The position numbers and the translations under genes are program-made. The notes beneath the pieces were generated by a model. It had not been told where the DNA came from, searched no databases, and worked only from the letters and a program-made list of their open reading frames with translations. Shown here one piece after another: positions 29,197 through 39,427 of a stretch of 64,000 bases of DNA (position 1 is the stretch's first letter; each line of letters opens with the position of its first letter). The stretch covers positions 3,104,001 through 3,168,000 of the forward strand of contig OZ250165.1 in NCBI GenBank assembly GCA_965238005.1, in the 5' to 3' direction. The DNA is from Longimicrobiales bacterium (GTDB lineage: Bacteria; Gemmatimonadota; Gemmatimonadetes; Longimicrobiales; Gaopeijiaceae).

Positions 29197-29766
29197 TCAT
29201 CTCCACGGGTAGGAACCGGCCATCTCCGCGCCGTCCTTCGACTCCAGCATCAGCTCCATGAACCGCTCCCACGAGTGCCAGCTGGTGGTCCGGCTGTACA
29301 CCGAGTTGGTCTTGTGGGCGATCACCAGATCCACGGCAGGCAGCACCGTGATCCACTGTCCCACGGCGCCGCGGGCCGTGTAGGCTCCCGCAAAAGGACC
29401 CACCGCCCGGGGGCCGTCCCAGACCCACCACATGGTTCCGTAGCCGAAGTACCCGCCCCGGCGGCCGATGGGGTTCATCTCCTCGAGCGGAGTTAGGTAC
29501 GAGAGCTCCTCCACGTCGCCGAATTGGAAGACGACTCGTCCCCGATCGACGACGATCAGGCCCGTGGTGTTGGAGCTGTGGCGGATGAACTCCCAGGCGT
29601 CCTGCAGTCCCTCGCTCGACCACCCGTAGGCTTTGAGGGCTCGGCCATCTCTCCAAACGTACTCCCACCGCTCCCCGGGGTAGACCGGATCCCGGGAGAC
29701 CTGGGCCTCGGTCTGGCATCCGACGAGTACGCCCCCGAGGACCGTAAGGAAGATGGATGCGCGCAT
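29197..29766 (-). pseudogene. Serine hydrolase (beta-lactamase-like) lipoprotein with internal deletion
   Basis: Lipobox LVGC; GDVEELSYL joins the C-terminal GYGTMWW..ARGAVGQWITVLP.VDLVI; SxxK motif absent. Confidence 0.7.
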
Positions 29767-29776
29767 GAATCCCAAA

Positions 29777-29818
29777 GCCCTCGACTGGCCGAGACACTTT
29801 GGCAACGGGATTTACTAG
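29777..29818 (+). repeat. Detached right-end copy of the 8326 MITE
   Basis: GCCCTCGACTGGCCGAGACACTTTGG identical to 8472-8497, followed by CAACGGGA..CTAG. Confidence 0.85.
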
Positions 29819-30035
29819 CAGTCGTCGTGACCCTCGCCCGGCGCGGTCAACACGGTGGACTCTTCGATTGAGAGGAGTGGTCTCATATTGGTTCCTCGGG
29901 CGAGAGGGCATCGTAGCTACGACACGTCCTTCGGCCAAAACGCTGAATGCTTCACACCACGCACCAAGTAAGTCGAGCGACGCGTGGCGAGCTCCGGCGT
30001 TGCCTCGGTAGTGATTGCCCGGTATTGAATGATCT

Positions 30036-30911
30036 GTGAAAGCCCTCGTCACTCGGCTGAAGAGCCTGGCCCTCTACCCTCTCTGGACGGAAACCGACGC
30101 CCACAGGTCTCGTCGACGCTGTCAGCTCCTTGTGTCCATGCCTTTCGTCCTCTTGGGGGGTTTGACCTGGGGTTGGTTTTCTGCACCGGCCATCGGCCAG
30201 GGGTCCGGGCTCTTGTGGAGCGCCCTGGGGGCCTCGGGCTTCGGACTCTTCTTCTACCTGGAGCAAAGGCTCGTCCCGGCCGTGGCGTCGATGGCCGACC
30301 GCATCGGGCTGGGCGGCTTGGCGGTCCTGGCGTGGGAAGTCGGAGTGGTCGGCGGTCTCATCTTCCTCTTCACCAGTGTCCTGGGCGCCCCAGTCGTCCC
30401 GGCGGTAGCCATTGCCATCGGTGTCGGAGCGACCTACAGCCTCGCCATGGAGTACCTCGTCTGTGGCTCGGGCGCGGACCACATGGTGAACCTTCTGGGC
30501 GTCGGCCGTGGCTGGTCCGGTGCCAGGGGATCGGACTACTCCCACCCAGAAGCGCTGGCGAAACGGGGGGACATGGAGGGTGCGGCGGAGATCTACAAAG
30601 AGGCCATCCGGATGAACCGGCAGGACCCCCTGCCCTACCTTCGGCTGGCGCGTATCCGCATTCGGATGGGCGTCCACGAAGAGGCCATCGACATCCTACG
30701 CACGGCCTTGCAGGTGGCGCGCCTCAGCACCAACGAAGAGGCTATGGTCGTCCGGCAGATCCATGAGATCTGCTCTACGCAGCTCGGAGATCCCGCGCGT
30801 GCCGCTCCCGATCTCGCCCGATATCTGGAGCGCCAACCCGAAGGCGAGCACAGGGAGTGGGCACACCACGAGCTCATCTACATCAAGGGGCGCATCCGCG
30901 GAGATGGCTGA
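30036..30911 (+). CDS. Membrane protein with C-terminal TPR-like repeats
   Basis: Four N-terminal TMs; GDMEGAAEIYKEAIRMN.QDP.PYLRLARI. Confidence 0.75.
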   Translation: MKALVTRLKSLALYPLWTETDAHRSRRRCQLLVSMPFVLLGGLTWGWFSAPAIGQGSGLLWSALGASGFGLFFYLEQRLVPAVASMADRIGLGGLAVLAWEVGVVGGLIFLFTSVLGAPVVPAVAIAIGVGATYSLAMEYLVCGSGADHMVNLLGVGRGWSGARGSDYSHPEALAKRGDMEGAAEIYKEAIRMNRQDPLPYLRLARIRIRMGVHEEAIDILRTALQVARLSTNEEAMVVRQIHEICSTQLGDPARAAPDLARYLERQPEGEHREWAHHELIYIKGRIRGDG

Positions 30912-30918
30912 CGCTCCC

Positions 30919-32394
30919 TCACCGGATCGGGATCGACACCGTCACCCGGTGGGTGAGCGCGCGGGCATCCTGTAGCGTCAGCGGACCGCTGGGCGCGACG
31001 ATGAAGTCGGCGTCCATCGCTGCCTGGGCTCGCGGCCCCGTCCACTGCACTCCCGGACGCCCCGACCCCGTCGTCATGCGGGCTACGTAGCCGAGCTCGA
31101 ACTCCGGGAACTTTACCTTCGCTCCGAAACTCGGCGTCCACTCCATCCAGCTCTCGTCCTCGTCTCGCAAGGTGTTCTCGATGTTGTCGCGCTGCTCGAG
31201 AGTGTAGTCGTAGGAGCGCACCTCTACGCCCACCTGGAACGTGAGCCGCTCCGTCTCGTGAGCCAGCCCGAGGCGCATCTGCACATTCGTGAAGAAGAAC
31301 TCGTTCTCGATCGTCTTCTCGCCCTTGTTGATGACGGCGCCGTCGGCCGACGTGGTATCGGCTTCCGCCTCCACCCAGGTGTCGCTCCAGATGGGCTCGA
31401 AGACGAGGTCGATGCCGAACGTCACCGGCCCGCTCGACTTCGCGATGCCAATGCCAAAGTCGTAGGCCCACGAGATGCCCGGATCCCAGGGGATGTTCAT
31501 GATCTCGTAGTTGGGGATCTTGGGATGGGACTTCCGGTTCACGGTCCACGTCCCCCCGATCCGCCATCCACTCTCGGTGATGGGCCGAGCGAATCCCAGC
31601 TGGAAACCCGTCGTGCGGGCCTTGTCTTCGTTGGTCTCGAGACGGGTGGTGAGGATCGGAACCATGTCCGTGTCGTCCCAGACCCAGTCGATGTAGGTGA
31701 CGTCGTGGGTCATGCTGAAGCGGTTATGGACGATCACCGCTTCGAAGTGCCGTCCCTCCCGGTTGGAGAACAAGCCGAGACGGTAATCCGCCGCATGGCC
31801 CGACTGGTCGATTCCGTCGGCCAGCGAGTAGAGATGTTCCACGCCGTCCAACGCCTCGAGGCCGGACCACGAGACGCCGGCGCCCAGCGACAATCCGGTC
31901 TCCCCGAGCTCCAGGCCGATGACGCCGTCGGCGTACACGTTCGTGGCTGACAGCTCGTTCAGCCGCGCCGGGGGGCCGACCCAGACGGCATCGACCGGAA
32001 GGAAGAAGACTCCTCCGCGATCCCCACCCTCGATCTGCTGAAGCGCAAAGGAGAATCCCCCGAACCCCTTGTCCGAGCGGAAGAGCACCGACAGGGGCAG
32101 GGTCCGGCCCGCCCGTTTCCGTTGGAGATCCCGTAGAACGTCGGTGCACTGAGGAGCGCCGACTCCTCGATGAGGGAGCCCTTGGCCGGGTTCACAAAGG
32201 GGTCGAGGAGCGCGTCGTCGAGGGCGATGGCCACGCCCCCCATCCCGAGCCTCTCGGAGGGGAGCGTCAGGAACTGATCGCCCGTGGCCACCGGCACGGT
32301 CTTCAGCGAGATGACCTGACCGGCGACGGGGGGGGGGCACGGCGGCGATGAGGACCGTGCATAGGAGGGCCTGGTATCGTAGCGGAGCGTTCAT
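30919..32394 (-). CDS. Outer-membrane beta-barrel-like protein with two compensating frameshifts
   Basis: Signal peptide; beta-strand pattern; the likely true frame QVISLKTVPVATGDQF...DPFVNPAKG lies in an alternate frame between about 32330 and 32110. Confidence 0.65.
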   Translation of the reverse strand: MNAPLRYQALLCTVLIAAVPPPRRRSGHLAEDRAGGHGRSVPDAPLREARDGGRGHRPRRRAPRPLCEPGQGLPHRGVGAPQCTDVLRDLQRKRAGRTLPLSVLFRSDKGFGGFSFALQQIEGGDRGGVFFLPVDAVWVGPPARLNELSATNVYADGVIGLELGETGLSLGAGVSWSGLEALDGVEHLYSLADGIDQSGHAADYRLGLFSNREGRHFEAVIVHNRFSMTHDVTYIDWVWDDTDMVPILTTRLETNEDKARTTGFQLGFARPITESGWRIGGTWTVNRKSHPKIPNYEIMNIPWDPGISWAYDFGIGIAKSSGPVTFGIDLVFEPIWSDTWVEAEADTTSADGAVINKGEKTIENEFFFTNVQMRLGLAHETERLTFQVGVEVRSYDYTLEQRDNIENTLRDEDESWMEWTPSFGAKVKFPEFELGYVARMTTGSGRPGVQWTGPRAQAAMDADFIVAPSGPLTLQDARALTHRVTVSIPIR

Positions 32395-32470
32395 GGGGTC
32401 TCTCCAGCCCAGGGAATCGGTGCGGGGGGTCCGACAGAAGAGCCGGTCAGACCCGGGGTGCTGCAGGAGA

Positions 32471-32496
32471 AACGAGTCGGGAGCGGGCTTTGTGAC
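32471..32496 (-). promoter_or_regulatory. Putative ECF promoter GTCACA-N16-CGTT upstream of the OMP gene
   Basis: Minus strand GTCACA aagcccgctcccgact CGTT; same motif at 36366 and 51342. Confidence 0.7.
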
Positions 32497-32620
32497 GTAT
32501 CCGCGGCTGCCGTCCGCTGCGGCCGAGCGAGAGCCGGCGGTTCCAGCTACGTTCCCGGGCACCGAGTCCCTTCGCGTTGACCCTCTAGACCCGCCGAACG
32601 GCTCCCGCGGCGCCTTTCAG

Positions 32621-34882
32621 CTAGAACCGCCACTCCACTCCGAAGACCGGGAGGATCGTGCGCTCCGCCAAGGGGCGGAGCTCGTCGTCGCGCCAGGGCT
32701 CGAAGTAGTAGAACAGCGCGTCGCGCTGGTCCAAGGCGTTGATCAGGCGGAGGTACGGGCGGATCTCCACCGCACGGCCGCGAATGTCGGGGTTGAAGCG
32801 AGCGAAGAGCTCGAGATCCAACCGCAGGAATCCGTCGTCCGGATCCCCACCGAAGACTGGATCCTGCTCTGCGAGGTCGCCAGGCAGCTGTGGAGGCTCT
32901 CCCTCCGCGGCGGCATCCCCAACTCTCTGACCGAACGGGATGCTCGTGTACGGGAGGCCCGCGCTGTACGCCACCCTCAGGCTGCCGCCGGTCCGCCCAC
33001 CGAGCGTTCCGGTGACCCCGGCGCTCAGGAGCTGGCGCCCGGCGAAGTTGGACGTGCTCCCGAAGCCGCTAGTCCCCGACCAGAACCAGGCCAGGTTGTA
33101 CCCCAGCCAGGCGGTGGCTCGTGGACCTTCGTGAAGAACGCGGAGATCGACCCCAGAGCTTCTCAGCACATCACCGCCCGTTCCGAGCCCCGAAAAGCCC
33201 TTCCAGAAGCCCTCGATGCCCAGACGCACGCCGCGGCCGAGCTTCTGATCCAGCGAGAGCACCACGTGGTCCGCCGCGGCGATCGAAAGGAGCGGACCGG
33301 TCACACTCGCCGGAGCCCCATCCGAGACCGCCAGCTCCACCTGCTGATCCGAGGCACGGGTGTATTGATGATACCGGCCCGCTGCCACAGTGAGCAGCGC
33401 GTCCGCGCTCAGGCTCCAGAGGAACGCCACCCGCGGAGCCAAGCGAACACTCCCCTCCGTGGAGAAGGCATCGGCTCTGACCCCGAGTCGGAGATCGAGG
33501 CCCGGAGCGAGAGACCGGACGCCGTCCAGGTAGGCTCCCGCCACGACGCCGTTCGCCTCCTTCGCGTCAGTGGGTTCCATCCCCAGGTCTGCAAAGCGTC
33601 GCGCTGAGTAGCGCGTGCTCACACGGTCGACGGCTCCCCCGAAGCGCACCCGGCTCCCGCCGATGGGAGCCGAGGCATCGAGGGTGAGTCTCAGACGGCT
33701 CGTCTCGGCGCTGGCCAGCAGGCCCTCCGAGGGGTCCGGGGGATCCGTACTGTCGCTCGTGGGTCGGAGAGGTAGCTCCGCCCGGTAGTCGCTGGCCGAG
33801 GCCGCCGCATCGAGAGTCACGTCACCCACTGCCCCTCGGTAGGCGAGAGTCAGTGCCCGATTGCCCCACGTGGCGTCCTCCGGCCCCGGGAGGGCCACTG
33901 CATTCGTGGGCTCCCCGTCCACCGAGAGGCGGACCGACTCCCGGTTCCAGAACGCGGTGGCGCTGAGCCGGTGACGCTCCCCGAGCTCGACGTCTACCCG
34001 ACCCAGGGCATCGCGATACCCGTAGGGGGTGTGGGAGCCGCCCAGGACGCCGGCACCGAGATCGTGCAGCGTGCGAGTCGAGGCCGCGAAGCCAGCCTTC
34101 TCACCGAGGGGCCCCTCCAGGGCCACGCGCCCGCTGATCAGGTCTACGCCTCCCCGCCCTCTCCACCGGTCCCGCCGCGGACTTCTCGTTCGGAGGTCCA
34201 GGATGTAGGAGAGTCCACCGTCGTAGCGGGCTGGCGCGCCTCCCACGTGAAGGGCGGCCCCACCCAGGATGAACGCGTCGAAGCTGCTGAGCAGCCCCCC
34301 CAGGTGGAAGGGCGTGTAGACGGGAGCCCCGTCGAGGAGGACGAGCTTCAGATCGGTCGTCGAGCCTCACATGAAGAGGACGTCCGACGGATTGGCCGGA
34401 TCGTTCCCCGGCAGGGTCGCCGCCGCCTCGCCGAGCCCCACCTCGCCGAGCCCGGGGCTCAGAGCGAGGGAGATCACCTCCACATCGGGGATGGGAGGAT
34501 CGACACCCGTCGGCGCTCTTCCCCGGGCGACGGGCTCGCTCAACACCTCGATGGGTGGCAACAGGATGGGACGTTGCTCCAGGTCGACATCCAAGGAGAC
34601 CGTGCCACCGGCCGGAACCTCGACGTCCACACGCGCCGACCGATGTCCTGGATGGCTGATGCGCAACCGCACGAGGCCCGCCGGCAAGGCCTCCAAGCGG
34701 TATCGTCCCAGGCTGTCGGCCAAGGCGATCCGGTGCTCTCCTGGCGTCGACGCTTCCACGATGGCGTAGGCCAGGACCCTTCCGGAGGTCTGCTCGTTGC
34801 CACGCACGACGCCCTCGATGGTCCCGTTGGTGGGGACCTGAACCGCCAGAAGCACTGTGGCTAGCGTCAGGTGCAGTGGCAT
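32621..34882 (-). pseudogene. TonB-dependent receptor with carboxypeptidase-regulatory-like N-domain and one in-frame TGA at 34367-69
   Basis: Both ORFs share a frame; LFM*GS..LVLLDGAPVY.PFHLGG..GG.PARYDG plug motif; ends GVEWRF. Confidence 0.8.
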
Positions 34883-34915
34883 TGGTATGCGTATCTCCGG
34901 ACTCGCGAATCGAGA

Positions 34916-35776
34916 CTATTGGACCCTGAAGCGGATCTCGCCGGGCGTCTGCGCGACGATCGGGCCGGCCACGTCGAGCTCATCCCCGGCCTTCCTAATG
35001 TACATACGCCCATTCACCTGTATGGATGCCACGTCCACGGACCGCGGGATGTCGACGCGTATCCGACCGGAGCCCCCAATGACCTCGATACGCCCTTCCG
35101 CGGTGCGGAAGCGCGCGGGCTGGGCGGCGAACGCAGCGGCCCGAAATCCGTCCACGAAGCGTACATCCAGCTCGGTCCCTGGCTCGATATCCTGGAGTAG
35201 GACGAGGAGCTCCCCGGTCTCCACCTCGAGGCGAACGCCGCCCGACTCGGGTGTCTGGGCCGAGAGGGCACTGTCCGCCGGAATCGCGGCGCTATCGTCT
35301 GCTGCCGTTCCCGTGAAGAGCTCCACGGCGCGGTCCCAACCCGAGGTGATCCACCCACGGACCGGCGAGGCAGGCAGGGCCGTCGCCACGACGGCACCGA
35401 AGAAGAGGACAAGGATAGCCGCTCGGGCGAAGGCGAAGCGGTGGGGAACGGGTGGTGCGGGCGGAGCGGTCGGCTCTGCCGGGGTGATGTCCAGGGTCCG
35501 TGTGGGCTCGGCCGTCGACGTGGAAGAAGCTTCCCGCGCATCTCTGGGGTCCATACCGACCCGGACGAGGACGGACTCCTTCGCCCCCGCCGGGAGCGCG
35601 ACCGTGTCGAGGTGCCGGAGGGCCACACCAACTACGGTGCTCGCCTCCCCGAGCCTCGTGAGGAGTGCCTGGCAGCTGTCACACTCGTCGAGATGCCCTC
35701 GCGCGGATTCCGCGTCGCTGTCGCTCAGCTCACCGTCGAGCAGAGTCCGCAGTCGTCCCTCACCCGGATGCGTCAT
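34916..35776 (-). CDS. Zinc-binding (ZAS, zf-HC2) anti-sigma factor with TM
   Basis: LLDGEL...HLDECDSC (HxxxCxxC), one TM, extracytoplasmic tail. Confidence 0.85.
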   Translation of the reverse strand: MTHPGEGRLRTLLDGELSDSDAESARGHLDECDSCQALLTRLGEASTVVGVALRHLDTVALPAGAKESVLVRVGMDPRDAREASSTSTAEPTRTLDITPAEPTAPPAPPVPHRFAFARAAILVLFFGAVVATALPASPVRGWITSGWDRAVELFTGTAADDSAAIPADSALSAQTPESGGVRLEVETGELLVLLQDIEPGTELDVRFVDGFRAAAFAAQPARFRTAEGRIEVIGGSGRIRVDIPRSVDVASIQVNGRMYIRKAGDELDVAGPIVAQTPGEIRFRVQ

Positions 35777-36263
35777 CTTTCTCCTTTGCGGGCTCGTAGG
35801 CGCTGACGAAGCGTCTTTCGGCCCGTGCAAGCAGCGTACCCACCGATCCCGGCGCCACGTCGAACGCTTCGGCGATCTCGCGGTAGCTGAACCCTTCGTA
35901 TCGTGCCAGCAACATTTCCCGATCTCGCTCGCTCAGGCCCTCGAGCGCCGCGCGCACTCTGGTCACGTCTTCGGCCCGCTCTACCGGGCGATCCGGTGGC
36001 TCCGTTCCCTCCGGTCGAACGGGATTCGCCTCGAGGAGCCGTCTCCGATTCTCGGCGACGCGGAAGCGGTCGCGCACCAGATGGGTCGCCGTGCGGAAGA
36101 GCCAGGCACGTATACCGTGCTCGTCGCCCTCGACCCGATGCTCGTACAGCCGTACGAAGGCCTCCTGTGCCACGTCGTCGGCCAGATCCGGGTCACCCGT
36201 CAGGCGGTGACAGTACCGGAAGAGGCCGGGATGCAGCTCGTCGAATGTGGTTTCGAAGTCCAC
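35760..36263 (-). CDS. ECF RNA polymerase sigma factor
   Basis: ADDVAQEAFVRL, AWLFRTA, GFSYREIAE...GSVGTLLARA. Confidence 0.93.
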   Translation of the reverse strand: MDFETTFDELHPGLFRYCHRLTGDPDLADDVAQEAFVRLYEHRVEGDEHGIRAWLFRTATHLVRDRFRVAENRRRLLEANPVRPEGTEPPDRPVERAEDVTRVRAALEGLSERDREMLLARYEGFSYREIAEAFDVAPGSVGTLLARAERRFVSAYEPAKEKDDASG

Positions 36264-36365
36264 TAGGATCGATATCCCAAGAGGTAACGCTTCACTCCGA
36301 CTGAGGGATTTGACCCGAGCGTCTCACGCGGGGCAAGGGCCGCGCCAGCCAAGGCCCGGAGAGGA

Positions 36366-36392
36366 AACGAGCGAGCCGGTCCATTTGTGACA
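36366..36392 (-). promoter_or_regulatory. Putative autoregulatory ECF promoter TGTCACA-N16-CGTT
   Basis: Minus strand TGTCACA aatggaccggctcgct CGTT, about 100 nt before the sigma start. Confidence 0.72.
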
Positions 36393-36559
36393 GAGCTCGA
36401 GACCGAGGGGGCCGTATGCAGGGTTGTGCTCAGAGTGACAGGCCTGCACCGAAGAGGGCAAGACCGCACCCCTCGACCGCCACGAGCAGCCCATCCCGAC
36501 GCCGGGTCGAACCGCCACCGACGGCTCCACATACTGCCGACAGAAGCCCGCTCGATCTC

Positions 36560-36670
36560 CTCCGCTGAAGCTCAGGCTCCGCTCGACGAAGACACTCTCG
36601 TCGACAGGCGTGATCGTCTTCATGCCTGCTCGAAGCTCCTCCTCACTTCCCAGTCGGTGATGCGCCGCCT
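36560..36670 (-). pseudogene. Glutamine-synthetase-family C-terminal stub coupled to an aldehyde dehydrogenase N-terminal stub
   Basis: RRITDWEVRRSFEQA* overlaps (ATGA) MKTITPVDESVFVER. Confidence 0.55.
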
Positions 36671-37103
36671 ACCGGGAACACGGATGCGACGGCGTCATCG
36701 CCATGGGCGGCGGAAGCGCCTTGGACGCGGGCAAGGCGGTCGTGCGCTGAGCCACCTCATCGGATCGGTGCTGGACACGCACCACGGTCTCACCAACGGG
36801 GTGGTCATGCCTTACGTCCTCGCGTTCAACCGCCCGGCCATCGAAGAGCGCCGCGCGCGCATGGCCCGTTACCTGGACCTGCACAATCCGTCGTTCGAGG
36901 CGGTACAGAGTTGGGTCCTGGAGCTGCGGGAGGAGATCGGTATCCCGCACACCCTCGCAGCCCTCGGTGTAGAGGAGCGCCGCGTCGTGGGGCTCACGCC
37001 CATGGCGGCGGTGGATCCCTCGGTGGGCGGGAATCCGGTGCCGCTCGGCGAGCCGGAGCTCAGGCAGCTGTTCCTGATGGCCAACGCGGGCGATCTGGCC
37101 TAG
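36670..37103 (+). pseudogene. Iron-containing alcohol dehydrogenase fragments
   Basis: CDGVIAMGGGSALDAGKA joined to LSH..G...DTHHGL.N.VVMPYVL.FN...D.S.GGNP. Confidence 0.8.
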
Positions 37104-37358
37104 TGGAACCGCACGAATTCCCCCTCTAGCGCCCGCGTCCATTCGCGCCCGAGACCGGCGTCCAGCGCGGTCGGCGTCCAGAGCGCGAGCGACTCCAAGA
37201 CCCGCTCGACGATCTCGCGCCCGCCGTGGGGCACATCGAACCGCGCCCCCACGTCGAGCAGGTCCTTCCCTGTGAAGCCGACTTGCTTTCCGTTCGCGGA
37301 CATCTGGTGCTGCCGGGTCCACGGGCTGTGGGCGGCGTAGGCGACGTCATAGGCGGCT
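37100..37358 (-). pseudogene. HipA-family toxin C-terminal remnant
   Basis: PAYDV...QHQMSANGK..GFT.KDLL fragments. Confidence 0.6.
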
Positions 37359-37523
37359 CTTCATCAACTTCATCGACGACGTGAACCAGGCGGAAGGGCT
37401 TGCCGACCTGGACTAGCATTTTAAGGGCGCGTCGATACCGCTCGCGACCCTCAAAGCCTCCCGTGACAGCAGCAGCCTGTTAGAGCGCTGGTACAGCCTT
37501 TACCTAGGAGCAGCCCCATGATC

Positions 37524-38336
37524 TCATCCTAGCTCTTCCGCTCGACGACTCGACGTCAAGATCCCCCGGATCATTGCCGAGCTGAATCCGCGGTGTTCCA
37601 GCTCGTTTAGACCGGCGATGGTGCAGCCCCTTGGCGTTGTAACGCGATCGATCTCGCCTTCGGGGTGCCCGTCACCATGGAGGACAAGCTCGGCCGCTCC
37701 AAGCGCAGTCTGGGCAGCCAAGAGTAGAGCATCCTCGGCATGGAAACCGATTTCGGTACCGCCCTGGGCCGCTGCGCGAATCGTCCTCAGGAAAAACGCG
37801 ATCCCGCACGCGCAAAGTGCCGTGGCCGGAACCATCATCTCCTCATCGATGACCATCGTGAGTCCAACGGCGTCGAATAGGAAACGCGCGACCTCGAGAC
37901 CGGAATCGTCAGCTCGATCAGCCGTGAGACAAGTCATCGAATTCATGGTCACAACAGCGGTGTTCGGCATCGCTCTAACCAGAGACACGTCCCCACCCAG
38001 AAAGGATCGAAGTCTCTCTAGCCGGACACCCGTCGCGACCGAGATCACTCTGTGCCTCTCCGGGTCCACCCCCGAGGAGATCTCCTCCAGCACAGTATCC
38101 ATCTGGCCTGGCTGAACCGTGACTACAATGCAGTCTGCCCGTGAAACAGCGCCTAGGTTATCGGAACCGATCACGAACCCTTCATCTGCCAGGGCAGCCA
38201 GTTTCTCAGGATGCCGTCGCGTGAGGTGGACTTCAGAGGGCTGGAAAAGGCCTGAGCCAGCCCAGCCGCGAGCGAGCGCTTGGCCCAGACTGCCTCCGCC
38301 GAGGATTGCGAGGCTCTCAATGGGCCTCTCCTTCAT
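37524..38336 (-). CDS. proC: Pyrroline-5-carboxylate reductase
   Basis: ILGGGSLG, VRAMPNT, CACGIAF, VTTPRGCTIAGL. Confidence 0.93.
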   Translation of the reverse strand: MKERPIESLAILGGGSLGQALARGWAGSGLFQPSEVHLTRRHPEKLAALADEGFVIGSDNLGAVSRADCIVVTVQPGQMDTVLEEISSGVDPERHRVISVATGVRLERLRSFLGGDVSLVRAMPNTAVVTMNSMTCLTADRADDSGLEVARFLFDAVGLTMVIDEEMMVPATALCACGIAFFLRTIRAAAQGGTEIGFHAEDALLLAAQTALGAAELVLHGDGHPEGEIDRVTTPRGCTIAGLNELEHRGFSSAMIRGILTSSRRAEELG

Positions 38337-38390
38337 CGTCTCCTCCAAGTGAAGGGGTTATGGTCGCCGTAGTTGTCCTGATGGGATTCG

Positions 38391-38419
38391 TACGTATACT
38401 TTTACCTAAATTATACGTA
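38391..38419 (-). promoter_or_regulatory. AT-rich dyad TACGTATA-N13-TATACGTA overlapping a TATAAT box upstream of proC
   Basis: Perfect 8-bp inverted repeat; minus-strand TATAAT at 38410-38415. Confidence 0.6.
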
Positions 38420-38447
38420 TATGCCGCGTAGACCAAGAACTACGCCG

Positions 38448-38594
38448 CTAGCTGGCGCCCCGCCGCATCACCTGGCCGGCGTAGGCTCCTGTGGGAGCTC
38501 CGTCGGCCCACACGCGCACTCCGTTCACCCACACGCCGGCCATGCCGACGGACGGCTCATGGGGGGCCTCGAATGTGGCCCGGTCCATGACGGC
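38448..38594 (-). pseudogene. N-acyl-D-amino-acid deacylase C-terminal remnant
   Basis: VMDRATFEAPHEPSVGMAGVWVNG...TGAYAGQVMRR* (not in the ORF track). Confidence 0.7.
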
Positions 38595-38632
38595 GGTTTG
38601 CCACGACCGCGGGTTCTATCGATCGTTCGGAC

Positions 38633-39067
38633 ATGGTGAATGTCCAGGACGGGCCCGACGCGTTTCCGATCCTGCTCTACGACGGGTTGTGCGGGTTCTG
38701 CGACGGCACCGTTCAGTTCATCCTCCGACGCGACCCCTCCGGTGCGATGAAGTTCGCACCGCTCCAAGGTGCTACGGCTCGAGCGGTCCTCGAGCGTAAC
38801 CCGGAGGTGCGCGGCGTGGATTCCCTCATCTTGGTGGAGCGCGACCTCGAGGGGCACGAGTTGGTGACTGTGCGCTCAGAGGCCGTCATCCGCATAACCC
38901 GCTACCTCGGCGGCGTTTGGACGATCGTTGCCATCGGCCGAGTGGTACCTCGACCTCTGCGTGACTGGGCCTACTCGCTCTTCGCCCATTGGCGGTACCA
39001 GCTCTTTGGTCGTTACGACGCGTGTCCGGTCCCGTCGGCGAGGGTTCGTGCTCGGTTCCTCCCTTAG
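38633..39067 (+). CDS. DCC1-like thiol-disulfide oxidoreductase (DUF393)
   Basis: YDGLCGFC, FAPLQ, RDWAY..FA..RY..FGR..AC. Confidence 0.9.
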   Translation: MVNVQDGPDAFPILLYDGLCGFCDGTVQFILRRDPSGAMKFAPLQGATARAVLERNPEVRGVDSLILVERDLEGHELVTVRSEAVIRITRYLGGVWTIVAIGRVVPRPLRDWAYSLFAHWRYQLFGRYDACPVPSARVRARFLP

Positions 39068-39309
39068 TGATGTCGGAAGCCTTTGCCCCGACTCCACGTG
39101 GCGGCTCTGAGCGATTGGCCGTCATCCAACCGCTGGAGCACTTCCTCCAACCGGGACTCCCCCGGCGGCACCAGTAGGGGGATGCCTCCGGCGCGCCGCA
39201 CAGAGTCCACGTACTCCGCCGGAAGGTCGAACTTGTTGTCGCCGTTCCGGTGGTACGTCGTGAGCCCGATGAGGGGGGCTCCGGTCCTTCCGGCTTCGCT
39301 CTCGGACAT
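39064..39309 (-). pseudogene. Gamma-glutamyl-GABA hydrolase (peptidase C26) N-terminal remnant
   Basis: PLIGLTTY....FDLPAEYVDSVRRAGGIPLLVPP; catalytic region absent. Confidence 0.7.
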
Positions 39310-39427
39310 GGCTCCTTGATCCGTGCAGTCGGCGGATCCTTCCCGCAGAGTAACAGTCGAGGGGCCCGGGAGCAGCCCGGGCCGCCGGTTGACGCTGCCG
39401 TACCCCGGGGTCAACCTGATTCCCGTG

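Noticed and set aside
34367..34369. In-frame TGA as selenocysteine or a recoded codon
   Set aside because: The position corresponds to a conserved Arg (CGA>TGA), and TGA is used as a normal stop throughout the window
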